Positions 42,120 through 50,654 of a DNA stretch of 64,000 nt are shown here, one piece after another (position 1 is the first letter of the stretch; each line of letters starts with the position of its first letter). The translations under genes were made by a program, and so were the position numbers. The stretch is taken from the IMG/VR virus record IMGVR_UViG_3300044816_000011, positions 4,154-68,153 of that record; one strand, written 5' to 3'. Source of the stretch: a virus. Below the pieces are notes generated by a model. The model saw only the letters and a list, made by a program, of their open reading frames with translations, did no database searches and was not told the origin of the DNA.

Positions 42120-42201
42120 ACAAGACCTCCAGGATAATTATTGCGATGCAAAATATGATTCCTAGGACGGCAATCATCGATTCGCGGGTGTTTTCGTCCA
42201 T
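42112..42201 (-). CDS. single-TM micro-protein (29 aa), probably leaderless
   Basis: MDENTRESMIAVLGIIFCIAIIILEVLYV*; ATG lies 7 nt after a -10 box. Confidence 0.45.
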   Translation of the reverse strand: MDENTRESMIAVLGIIFCIAIIILEVLYV

Positions 42202-42207
42202 TGGTGT

Positions 42208-42237
42208 AATGTATCGCAAGCGGCTATTGGTTGTCAA
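42208..42237 (-). promoter_or_regulatory. sigma70-type promoter
   Basis: Minus strand TTGACA-18 nt-TACATT. Confidence 0.6.
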
Positions 42238-42521
42238 GTATTATCAGGCGTCACTAAATGCTGATTCTTCAGCAGGAACTGACATACAGCGTTGGACCAT
42301 AAGTCAGCAGCCTCTTGATCCGGTAGATCTTCGCCAGGATTAGCGGTAGCGAGCAGAACAACAGCGTCTCTAAGTTCGATGAGGGTATTGTCCCGCTCCG
42401 CCACAGCATGGGCCAGATCGTAATTGGCCGATTTAAGTTCTGATTTCAATCTATCAATCTCGGCAATAGCGTCTTCATAACGAGCCCGCCAATGTTCGAT
42501 CATTTCCGTAAAACTAGCCAC
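42234..42521 (-). CDS. coiled-coil hypothetical protein
   Basis: GGAGG RBS; heptad pattern. Confidence 0.5.
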   Translation of the reverse strand: MASFTEMIEHWRARYEDAIAEIDRLKSELKSANYDLAHAVAERDNTLIELRDAVVLLATANPGEDLPDQEAADLWSNAVCQFLLKNQHLVTPDNT

Positions 42522-42675
42522 GTTCCGCCTCCCGCCTCCGCTCCCGCGCCTCGACCATCTTGCGATAGTGCTCCGCGTTGCCGCGCTTCTTTTTCTTGCC
42601 TTTGCCGTTCTTGCCGCCCTGCGCGCCGATCTTGGCCATGTAGTCGGAGACTGATTTGGGGACGTCGCGGGTCAC
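42514..42675 (-). CDS. small basic KGG-like protein (53 aa)
   Basis: GTGA-coupled to gp157; YMAKIGAQGGKNGKGKKKKRG; not in the ORF track. Confidence 0.55.
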   Translation of the reverse strand: MTRDVPKSVSDYMAKIGAQGGKNGKGKKKKRGNAEHYRKMVEARERRREAERG

Positions 42676-43169
42676 AGCTTAATCTCGATGCGTTCACCCG
42701 ACTCCAAGTACGCTCCAGGCACATCCGTCCCAGCCTGCAACGCGGCCTTAACCGCCTTCTTATCAACTCGCCTCGGCGGCGGATCAGGCTGGATCCAGAA
42801 CGCCTCCGGGATCGATGGCTCGTCGCTGACTTGCACGGCCACCGGGTTATTGCGGCGGGCGATGACGATTTCGGGCGTGTTGATTTTTTTCCAGTCCATC
42901 GCCATAAATTGTAGGAGCAAATAGGCCCGCATCGACTCGGCGCGCTTGCCAATCCTGAGCGCACGGAGATCCATAGCAGCAGCGGCTTCGGCGATGGCTT
43001 TGGCTTCGGCGTCAAGGCCCATGATGAACTTGGCGACTGCTACGGCCTTGACTTCGAAATCTCCTTCAAGGCTCTCTAGGGTATCCGCAATGAACTCGGG
43101 CGCTAGGTCGTCGCTGTCGGCTAGGGATTCTAGAGCGCGGTATTGCGATGCAATTTCAAACAGACGCAC
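42672..43169 (-). CDS. Siphovirus Gp157 family protein
   Basis: DTLESLEG.FE.KA, RRNNP.AV, IP..F, DKKA.K.AL..G.DVPGA.L. Confidence 0.85.
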   Translation of the reverse strand: MRLFEIASQYRALESLADSDDLAPEFIADTLESLEGDFEVKAVAVAKFIMGLDAEAKAIAEAAAAMDLRALRIGKRAESMRAYLLLQFMAMDWKKINTPEIVIARRNNPVAVQVSDEPSIPEAFWIQPDPPPRRVDKKAVKAALQAGTDVPGAYLESGERIEIKL

Positions 43170-43957
43170 TAGACTATCTCCCCAGCCTCAATCACCGAGC
43201 ACATATCGTCGTACACCGACTTCAGTCGCTTCTTCGCGTTCTCGTCGCCGGCAGTCTTAGCGATTGTGTAGGCTTTGCCGAACGCTTGGATTAGTTCTGG
43301 CATGGTCTTCACGTCCATGCTGTTAACCAGCGCATCGACTTCTTCGACCGGCAACTCAGACTTGACCTGCGCGGCTGATTCGGCAACGGCTTGCGTGATC
43401 GAGACGGGATCGGGTACCGTTTCGGATTCGATCTGGCGCAGTTCCGCCGGGGTGTACATCTGCGATGTCGCGCCCGGAGCCGCGCTACGAACGCCTTCCG
43501 AGATGCATCGGCTACGCAGCATGGCCCGTGTGTACTTCGAGTACATGCCGCCTTCCTTGCTCGCGAGGCCAGCCTTTTTGGCTCGCTCAATCGTCCAGTC
43601 GATCAATATCGGTTTCGGCGATAATGGATGCGAGAACAGGGCAGACGCACATTCATCCGTCAGTGCCTGCCACTCAATACGGCCCCCGCTAGCCTGAAAA
43701 TCTCGCAACATGGCCTCGGCGTTCTTGGAGGCTTTACCATTGATGACGTTGAAATCCCGAGCGATCAATGCGGGATTTTTATTTTCGGCTTGGGCAATTA
43801 GCATTAATGCCAATGCCTGATCCGGATCTTTGATTCCGAATAGCCCTGAATTTGCGAATGTTTTCGCGATTCGCTGCAGTTGTTCGAAGCTAAACGATTG
43901 TGGCGCAGGATACTGCTGAATATCTTGCGGGATTCTAGTGACTAGTTCTTTAGACAT
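43169..43957 (-). CDS. RecT/Redbeta-like single-strand annealing protein
   Basis: GAGG RBS at ATG 43957; SGLF...QA..LML, VINGK, WT.E.AK.AGL, Y.KY..ML..R, YTP.E; adjacent to gp157. Confidence 0.7.
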   Translation of the reverse strand: MSKELVTRIPQDIQQYPAPQSFSFEQLQRIAKTFANSGLFGIKDPDQALALMLIAQAENKNPALIARDFNVINGKASKNAEAMLRDFQASGGRIEWQALTDECASALFSHPLSPKPILIDWTIERAKKAGLASKEGGMYSKYTRAMLRSRCISEGVRSAAPGATSQMYTPAELRQIESETVPDPVSITQAVAESAAQVKSELPVEEVDALVNSMDVKTMPELIQAFGKAYTIAKTAGDENAKKRLKSVYDDMCSVIEAGEIV

Positions 43958-43964
43958 ATAAACC

Positions 43965-45998
43965 TCAGGATTCAAATTGTGGGAAATAGTCTGATGGCTT
44001 AGCGAAGACGAGCGCGCCTCCAGGCAAACGCCACGTACTCGCCGCAGCCGCCTGACAATCCGTGCTCGCTTGGCCGTCATAGGCGTCAGGCTGTACGCGA
44101 AGCTGATACCGCTTCACACTCCCATCCGGCTCAGCCGTCGAGTTCAGCAAATCAATCATCACAATCGTCTCGTCGCCCTGGATTTCCTTGCGCAGCAGTC
44201 GCGCTGTCCGCAGGCCGACAATCGGGTGATCGGCTGGGAGCTCGTGGACGATGGTCGCGCCGCTGTCTCGCAGATACCTGGCTGCGCCATAGCGGTCGAT
44301 CATCACGCGGCGGACCTCGGCGTTGGTTTCCGCTTCGATCTGATGCACCGTGAGCGTTTCAGGCGCTTCGACGATTTGCTGCGTAACACGCACGCCGTGA
44401 ATCGAATACACGCCCCAGCCGTCATTCCAAGAAACAGCGGGGCCGGTAGTATTGTGCAATCGATGCGACCCCCATCCGCGCGGTCGATTCGCATCGACCA
44501 ATTCCCGATGGATGGAGCGAGGCCGCTCACAGACCATGATGAAATCTTTGTGCGGATACCACCAGCAAGCAGACTGGATGGTTTTTTCGTAAGCGATTCC
44601 GCGCCGCCAGAGATCGCCATTTAAATCAAGATTGGCGACTTCGCGAAAGAACGATGTGTACGCGCCGCCCCAATACCATCCGCCACACCAGAACTGGCCG
44701 CCGATATAGTTGGACCACATGTTTTTTATACAATCTAAGACCGCAGCATGGATCTTAGAAGAAGGAACAGCGCCGTCAACAGCGCCGCGAACAGCGCCGT
44801 CAACAGCGCCGTGAACAGCGCCGTCAACAGCGCCGTGAACAGCGCCTTGAACAGCGCCGCGAACAGCGCCGCCAACAGCGCCGTCAACAGCGCCGTCAAC
44901 AGCGCCGTGAACAGCGCCGTCAACAGCGCCGTGAACAGCGCCGCCAACAGCGCCGTCAACAGCGCCGTGAACAGCGCCGCGAACAGCGCCGTCAACAGCG
45001 CCTTGAACAGCGCCTTGAACAGCGCCGTCAACAGCGCCGCCAACAGCGCCGCGAACAGCGCCGCCAACAGCGCCGCCAACAGCGCCGTCAACAGCGCCTT
45101 GAACAGCGCCGTCAACAGCGCCGTCAACAGCGCCGCGAACAGCGCCGTCAACAGCGCCGCCAACAGCGCCGCGAACAGCGCCGTCAACAGCGCCGTCAAC
45201 AGCGCCTTGAACAACGTCGCCAACAGCGCCTTGAACAGCGCCTTGAACAGCGCCTTGAACAGCGCCGTCAACAGCGCCGACAACAGCGCCGCGAACAGCG
45301 CCGCCAACAGCGCCGCCAACAGCGCCGCCAACAGCGCCGCGAACAGCGCCGCCAACAGCGCCGCCAACAGCGCCGCGAACAGCGCCTTGAACAACGTCGC
45401 CAACAGCGCCTTGAACAGCGCCTTGAACAGCGCCGTCAACAGCGCCGCCAACAGCGCCGCGAACAGCGCCGCCAACAGCGCCGCCAACAGCGCCGCGAAC
45501 AGCGCCTTGAACAACGTCGCCAACAGCGCCGTGAACAACGTCGCCAACAGCGCCGTGAACAGCGTCGCGAACAGCGCCGTGAACAGCGCCGTGAACAGCG
45601 CCGCCAACAGCGCCGCTAACAGCGTCGCGAACAGCGTCGCGAACAGCGCCTTGAACAGCGCCGCGAACAGCGCCGCGAACAGCGCCGTCAACAGCGCCGT
45701 GAACAGCGCCGTCAACAGCGTCGCGAACAGCGTCAGTGCCGCTCAGTTTCTTAGCCATCTGAATTAGGAAAGCAGCGGTCGGAGCGGCAATAGCCATTAC
45801 CATCGGAGATGTGACCCAGACGACATTCCCATGCCATGGGATGCCCGCGTACCGATAACATTCCTCGGCCGCTGATTCGAATTGCGTCCGGTCAGCGGGG
45901 CCAGTGCGAAGACCGATCTCTATCCATTTGTCCGCCCATTCATCGAATCTAGCGGTCTGCGCGGCTGTTAGCTTATCAACTCGTAATACTTTCTTCAT
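43965..45998 (-). CDS. DUF6745-like protein with a central (G/D)AVx tetrapeptide repeat
   Basis: WV.SP N-region; C-terminal WWYP....VCERP, LH...GPA.W.DG..VY..HGV, E.NAEVRRVMI..YG, Y.LRV.P. Confidence 0.75.
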   Translation of the reverse strand: MKKVLRVDKLTAAQTARFDEWADKWIEIGLRTGPADRTQFESAAEECYRYAGIPWHGNVVWVTSPMVMAIAAPTAAFLIQMAKKLSGTDAVRDAVDGAVHGAVDGAVRGAVRGAVQGAVRDAVRDAVSGAVGGAVHGAVHGAVRDAVHGAVGDVVHGAVGDVVQGAVRGAVGGAVGGAVRGAVGGAVDGAVQGAVQGAVGDVVQGAVRGAVGGAVGGAVRGAVGGAVGGAVGGAVRGAVVGAVDGAVQGAVQGAVQGAVGDVVQGAVDGAVDGAVRGAVGGAVDGAVRGAVDGAVDGAVQGAVDGAVGGAVGGAVRGAVGGAVDGAVQGAVQGAVDGAVRGAVHGAVDGAVGGAVHGAVDGAVHGAVDGAVDGAVGGAVRGAVQGAVHGAVDGAVHGAVDGAVRGAVDGAVPSSKIHAAVLDCIKNMWSNYIGGQFWCGGWYWGGAYTSFFREVANLDLNGDLWRRGIAYEKTIQSACWWYPHKDFIMVCERPRSIHRELVDANRPRGWGSHRLHNTTGPAVSWNDGWGVYSIHGVRVTQQIVEAPETLTVHQIEAETNAEVRRVMIDRYGAARYLRDSGATIVHELPADHPIVGLRTARLLRKEIQGDETIVMIDLLNSTAEPDGSVKRYQLRVQPDAYDGQASTDCQAAAASTWRLPGGALVFAKPSDYFPQFES
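44766..45734. repeat. about 81 tandem 12-nt units (+ strand AACAGCGCCnnn)
   Basis: Read directly; 969 nt; variation almost confined to one codon. Confidence 0.97.
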
Positions 45999-46003
45999 GG
46001 CAT

Positions 46004-46327
46004 TTAATCCTGTACGTTGCGCAAAGCGGCAGGCGTATATTCGACCTGAGATGGCAGCAGGTATTTGCCAGGTAGTACACGAGCCGTGCTGTGCTCCTCG
46101 TGCAATAGATCCGATGGCGCTGAGACTTCTAGGTATCGTTCGCCAGAACCGGTGCGATAAAGCTTCACGCCGTCTTGACGGTCTACGAACTCGAAACGAT
46201 GGTGGTGGCCGGTCATCTCACCGAATGCGAGGATGACTTTGTTGCCAGTCGGCGGCTGTAGCACGGCGTCTGTCGGGATGGACTTGATTCGAATCAACGC
46301 TACGTCGCCTTGACGGATGACTTTCAT
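46004..46327 (-). CDS. His-rich partner of the DUF6745-like protein
   Basis: IRQGDV, LA.GE.TGHHH, L.HEEH, G.Y....Q.EY.P....V.D. Confidence 0.7.
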   Translation of the reverse strand: MKVIRQGDVALIRIKSIPTDAVLQPPTGNKVILAFGEMTGHHHRFEFVDRQDGVKLYRTGSGERYLEVSAPSDLLHEEHSTARVLPGKYLLPSQVEYTPAALRNVQD

Positions 46328-46524
46328 GATTGAGATCCTTTGATTGGTGGAGGAGTTGGATAAGTGGCCGATAGCGCTTCACTGGCTCGAATCTCAGCAA
46401 CTATAGCCGGGAAAGATTCATAGATTCTAGCTTTCAGAGATGAGTCGTCTGGGCCGATACCTTCGCAATCGCATACATCGGACATCGCCAATATAATTCG
46501 CGCCTCTTGCTCATTGATTTCCAC
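46324..46524 (-). CDS. hypothetical protein
   Basis: ATGA-coupled; GGAG upstream. Confidence 0.45.
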   Translation of the reverse strand: MEINEQEARIILAMSDVCDCEGIGPDDSSLKARIYESFPAIVAEIRASEALSATYPTPPPIKGSQS

Positions 46525-46528
46525 GATC

Positions 46529-46729
46529 TTACTCCGCTTGCCGGCGCAAAAACGCAGGCATCTGTAATTGTGAATCGATCATGGCATAGGACGCATGAGC
46601 GCGGCGGAAGTCTGCCGCTGCTACGTACATGCGATCCGTTAATGTCGGACAGTTTAGCGCGATTGTCTCCATCGCGCCGAGCGCGCAGATGTAGGAGTCG
46701 AAGTCGAGGCAGAGGACGACGGGGGTCAC
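46529..46729 (-). CDS. small protein ending in an FtsZ-tail-like peptide (QLQMPAFLRRQAE)
   Basis: GAGG RBS and GTGA coupling at 46729. Confidence 0.6.
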   Translation of the reverse strand: MTPVVLCLDFDSYICALGAMETIALNCPTLTDRMYVAAADFRRAHASYAMIDSQLQMPAFLRRQAE

Positions 46730-46938
46730 TTCGTATACCTCAGATATTGGATATAGCGACGGTTCGCAGCGCGGGCACACGTGACATGGTGACGTTTCAG
46801 CAATTCTTGGTCGGCCAAGCGAGCGGAACTCATCGCATGTTGGCGATCTGCCAAGTACATGCCAGCCATTAAGGCGCTGTGCATCGGAGTCGAGAGGCGA
46901 TGGCGGCGCTTGACGTAGAACTCGATGGTGGCACTCAT
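46726..46938 (-). CDS. small basic hypothetical protein
   Basis: GGAGG RBS; ATGA coupling. Confidence 0.5.
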   Translation of the reverse strand: MSATIEFYVKRRHRLSTPMHSALMAGMYLADRQHAMSSARLADQELLKRHHVTCARAANRRYIQYLRYTK

Positions 46939-47051
46939 CGCGCATCCTCCAGACAATGCTTGCTGCGCTTCGTCGGGACTTTCTGCCAGCGCTGCAGGCG
47001 TTGGGCCTTGGCCTTGCGGGCGGCGCGGATTTGGCGTTTGGTGGTAGACAT
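46935..47051 (-). CDS. Arg/Lys-rich micro-protein (38 aa)
   Basis: GAGG RBS; MSTTKRQIRAARKAKAQRLQRWQK...; not in the ORF track. Confidence 0.5.
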   Translation of the reverse strand: MSTTKRQIRAARKAKAQRLQRWQKVPTKRSKHCLEDAR

Positions 47052-47299
47052 AATCGAGACCTCAGTGGTAGTTAATCAGACAAGATATCATCGCGTGAAT
47101 CATCGGCTGCTTGCACGGCGCAGTCGTAGTCATCGCTGTCACGTTCGAACTGTTCGTCACTTTCGAATGTTCGCTCTTCCAATCCATCGGGTGACATCGA
47201 TTTCTCCGTTTACCGCAAGCCGCTATGGCCCTTGCGCTGAATGTTGGCATATGTTTTACTTCAACGCAAGCGGATATTTGGAAATCACACTGAGGTCAC

Positions 47300-48676
47300 A
47301 TGGAATATACGAAATTCCTCGAATCGAAGGTAGCGAGAGCCGTCAAGCGCGGACTATCGACCACGCCCAAATTGTCGGCGCATCTGTTCCCACTGCAAAA
47401 GCATTGCGTCGAGTTTGCATTGCAAGGTGGATCAACGGGGCAGTTCCTAGATACCGGATTAGGTAAAACCTTGATAGAGCTAGAGTTCGCCGAACTAGCG
47501 CGAGCGGAATCAAACGGTTACGCGCTTATCATGGCGCCTCTTGCGGTCGCCAAGCAGATCGAACGCGAGGGATTGAAGTTCGGCTACCCCACAAGAGTCA
47601 TCCGCCAACAATCGGAAGCTAAGGAAGGGATCAATATTTGCAACTACGACCGATTGCATCTGATTGATCCGGAAGCGTTCGGAGTGGTCACGCTGGACGA
47701 GGCGAGTATCTTAAAATCGTTTTCAGGCAAGACGTCTACATCATTAATCAATGCGTTTGCCAATCATCGATGGCGCATGCCAGCTACTGCCACGCCCGCG
47801 CCGAATGATCACATGGAGATGGGGCAATACGCTGATTTTTGTGGGGTTATGCATTCCAACGAGATGCTGTCGAGATTCTTTATTAACGATACATCGGAAG
47901 CCTCGCAGAAATGGCGTCTCAAGAAATACGGCGTAGACGCCTTCTGGGACTGGGTCGCCTCGTGGTGCCGCGTCGCACAATTGCCGTCCGATCTAGGATT
48001 TGAGGACATCGGGTTCATTCTGCCGCCGCTGGATATCGTGCGCCATCGTGCAGCCGAAGCGGCGCCTACAATTACCGGTGGATTGTTCGGTGACGAAGTG
48101 GTGTCGGCCACCAACATGCATACAATCAAACGAGCTACCGCGAATAAGAGAGCTGGGATCGCAGCCGCGCTCGCCATGTCGAATAGCGAATCATGGGTCA
48201 TATGGTGCGATACGGATTACGAAGCAGATGCAATCATGGCATCGCTTGGCAAATCACGCGAAGTCGTGGAAGTGCGCGGCTCAATGGACGCAGATAAGAA
48301 AGAACGTCATCTCGAAATGTTTGCTGATGGTACAGCTCGAGTGGTCATCACAAAGCCGAGCGTCGCCGGATTCGGGCTTAACTGGCAGCATTGCGCCAGA
48401 ACAGTGTTTATTGGTCGATCGTTCAGTTACGAATCGTGGTATCAAGCTGTGCGTCGATTTTGGCGATTCGGTCAAAAGCGAGAAGTGCAAGTGCATCTCG
48501 TCGTTGCAGAAGGCGAGGATTCAATATCGCGTGTCATAGATCGCAAGGCCGACGGGCATGCGGATATGAAAGCCGCGATGCGGGCCGCGATGAAACGCAA
48601 TGAAGGTCAATCAAGCGCTACGAATGTGGCATATGAAGCCAATCACAAAGGAACACTCCCGTCATGGATTGTATGA
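47300..48676 (+). CDS. SNF2-like SF2 helicase
   Basis: DTGLGKT, LDEAS.LK, TATPAPND, GFGLNWQ, YQAVRRFWRFGQ. Confidence 0.85.
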   Translation: MEYTKFLESKVARAVKRGLSTTPKLSAHLFPLQKHCVEFALQGGSTGQFLDTGLGKTLIELEFAELARAESNGYALIMAPLAVAKQIEREGLKFGYPTRVIRQQSEAKEGINICNYDRLHLIDPEAFGVVTLDEASILKSFSGKTSTSLINAFANHRWRMPATATPAPNDHMEMGQYADFCGVMHSNEMLSRFFINDTSEASQKWRLKKYGVDAFWDWVASWCRVAQLPSDLGFEDIGFILPPLDIVRHRAAEAAPTITGGLFGDEVVSATNMHTIKRATANKRAGIAAALAMSNSESWVIWCDTDYEADAIMASLGKSREVVEVRGSMDADKKERHLEMFADGTARVVITKPSVAGFGLNWQHCARTVFIGRSFSYESWYQAVRRFWRFGQKREVQVHLVVAEGEDSISRVIDRKADGHADMKAAMRAAMKRNEGQSSATNVAYEANHKGTLPSWIV

Positions 48677-49536
48677 ATGAAAAGCACGCTGAGTCGTGGG
48701 TTGCGTACAACGGAGATTGCGTATCGGTCGCCAAGCAAATGCCTGATGAATGTATTGATTTGTCAGTCTATTCGCCGCCGTTCGGCCAATTATTCGTTTA
48801 TTCCGACTCTGCGGCAGACATGGGAAATAGTACGGACGAAGAATTCGCATCGCACTACACCTTCTTAGTACGCCAGAAATATAGGCTTACGAAGCCAGGA
48901 CGCATAACCGCCGTCCATTGCTCCGACCTTCCGATGACAAAATGGAAAGACGGCGCAGTAGGCATCAAGGACTTCTCAGGTGATATCATCCGCATTCATC
49001 AAGAGGCCGGATGGATATTCCACAGCAGGCGCACGATATGGAAGTGTCCAGTCGTTGAAATGACGCGCACAAAACACGTCGGATTGCTATACAAACAATT
49101 GCGCAAAGATAGTTCCAAGTCTCGCGGCGGGATGCCGGATTATCTGCTGACGTTTATCAAGCCAGGCGATAATGCATCGCCAATCAACCATGACACATTA
49201 GATTTCCCAGTCGAACAGTGGCAGGAATGGGCATCCCCAGTGTGGATGAGCATCAATCAAACCAACGTGCTCAACGCGAGAATGTCCCGCGATCCATCAA
49301 TGGAAAAACATCTTTGCCCGCTTCAATTGGATGTTATTGAACGATCGCTCATTTTGTGGAGTAATCCCGGAGATGTCGTGCTATCGCCGTTCATGGGAAT
49401 TGGCAGCGAGGGATACATGGCGGTGAAACTGAAGCGCCGGTTTATTGGTATAGAACTCAAGGAATCGTACTGGAATACATCATGCATCAATCTCGAAGGC
49501 GCGGCGGCACAGCGGGACCTCTTCGATGTCGCCTAA
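48664..49536 (+). CDS. N6/N4 DNA methyltransferase (beta class)
   Basis: YSPPF; H.CPLQ; SPFMGIGSEG; GIELK. Confidence 0.88.
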   Translation: MDCMNEKHAESWVAYNGDCVSVAKQMPDECIDLSVYSPPFGQLFVYSDSAADMGNSTDEEFASHYTFLVRQKYRLTKPGRITAVHCSDLPMTKWKDGAVGIKDFSGDIIRIHQEAGWIFHSRRTIWKCPVVEMTRTKHVGLLYKQLRKDSSKSRGGMPDYLLTFIKPGDNASPINHDTLDFPVEQWQEWASPVWMSINQTNVLNARMSRDPSMEKHLCPLQLDVIERSLILWSNPGDVVLSPFMGIGSEGYMAVKLKRRFIGIELKESYWNTSCINLEGAAAQRDLFDVA

Positions 49537-49708
49537 CCACCGCCTCCGCCCCCTCCGTCGCCAAGGCCAACGCAAACTCTCCATGACATCTGCGACCGAG
49601 ATACGACGACTGTACTTCGGCAGGTACCGCAAACAACGCGAACTCGCGCTAGACTTCGATGTGTCGCAGTCGGTGATCAGTAAGGTTGTGAGTGGGCGGA
49701 TATGGTAA
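49526..49708 (+). CDS. small HTH protein
   Basis: QRELA..F.VSQS.IS.VV.G..W. Confidence 0.55.
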   Translation: MSPNHRLRPLRRQGQRKLSMTSATEIRRLYFGRYRKQRELALDFDVSQSVISKVVSGRIW

Positions 49709-49724
49709 TAATGATCGCAGCCAC

Positions 49725-50654
49725 ATGAAATTCAAATACGTAAATATTGATGCGATTCGATCCTTCTTTCCGAAGTGGGCATCTAACTATATGTCATTCG
49801 CTCGTGGACTAGATGATTGCCTCGAGAAATACGAACGCCTGTCAAGATGTAATCCAAACATCACATTACCTTTCATGATTGAGGTCAGAACCGCGGTGCG
49901 CGAGGTCGAATACACTATTTTAGAATCCGCAGATTCAAATGATCCGGATCAAGAGATTGGAACTCTTTTAGTTTGCGGGCCACGATGGGAAATAAGTGTG
50001 CCTCTAAATTGTATCCTCAGAGGCTATAGATCATCTAATGATACGTATTGCGTATACTCGCATGGCATAGCCACTGAAACGCCACTTGTATACATCGGGA
50101 TATCCTCTCGACCGTGGTTTGTAAGATACGCCGAGCATGAGTCGGCATCTCGTTCGGGTTCTGCATTCTTGTTCCATGATGCATTGCGGAAACACTCAGA
50201 AAAACACATCACCCATCGAGTGCTCGCAGAGGGACTTAATAGGGATGATGCAATGGCATATGAAGAATATTTAGTAGCACAGCATTCCTTATATCCTGTC
50301 GGTCTAAATATGATCCCAGGCGGCTATGCTGGTATAAAATATCTTTCTACTCTCTCAATAGGTCTGAGAGATACGGAATACGTCGCTGAAAGCATCGCTA
50401 ACGCCATGTGTCGCGATTCCATATCAGGCAAGCCAAATCCTCTTTGTAGTGCCAGATGGCAGTCAGATCCGGATTATGCGGCGCGAGTAATATGCGGGCA
50501 TCACGGAAGACTCACGGTAGATCAAGTCAAAATGATCCGTTCACTGCGAATGACGTGCCGATCAGCAGAGGACATCTCCGCAATCGTTAATGCTAATAAT
50601 TTAGCTCAGGTTAAGCGCGTTTTGGCTGACCGAACCTACTCGCGTATACAATGA
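49725..50654 (+). CDS. GIY-YIG-type endonuclease
   Basis: CVY...VYIGIS.R...R..EH...ALRK...E.......G.N..PGG; AT-rich. Confidence 0.7.
   Translation: MKFKYVNIDAIRSFFPKWASNYMSFARGLDDCLEKYERLSRCNPNITLPFMIEVRTAVREVEYTILESADSNDPDQEIGTLLVCGPRWEISVPLNCILRGYRSSNDTYCVYSHGIATETPLVYIGISSRPWFVRYAEHESASRSGSAFLFHDALRKHSEKHITHRVLAEGLNRDDAMAYEEYLVAQHSLYPVGLNMIPGGYAGIKYLSTLSIGLRDTEYVAESIANAMCRDSISGKPNPLCSARWQSDPDYAARVICGHHGRLTVDQVKMIRSLRMTCRSAEDISAIVNANNLAQVKRVLADRTYSRIQ

Noticed and set aside
44766-45734. CRISPR-like array
   Set aside because: Unit is 12 nt with a 3-nt variable part, there are no unique spacers or cas genes, and it lies in frame within a gene
44735-45767. Long alternative-frame ORFs over the 12-nt repeat (+ strand NSAV 339 aa; - strand ALLT 326 aa)
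   Set aside because: They are by-products of a stop-free repeat and end at its borders; only the GAVx frame joins conserved N- and C-terminal domains
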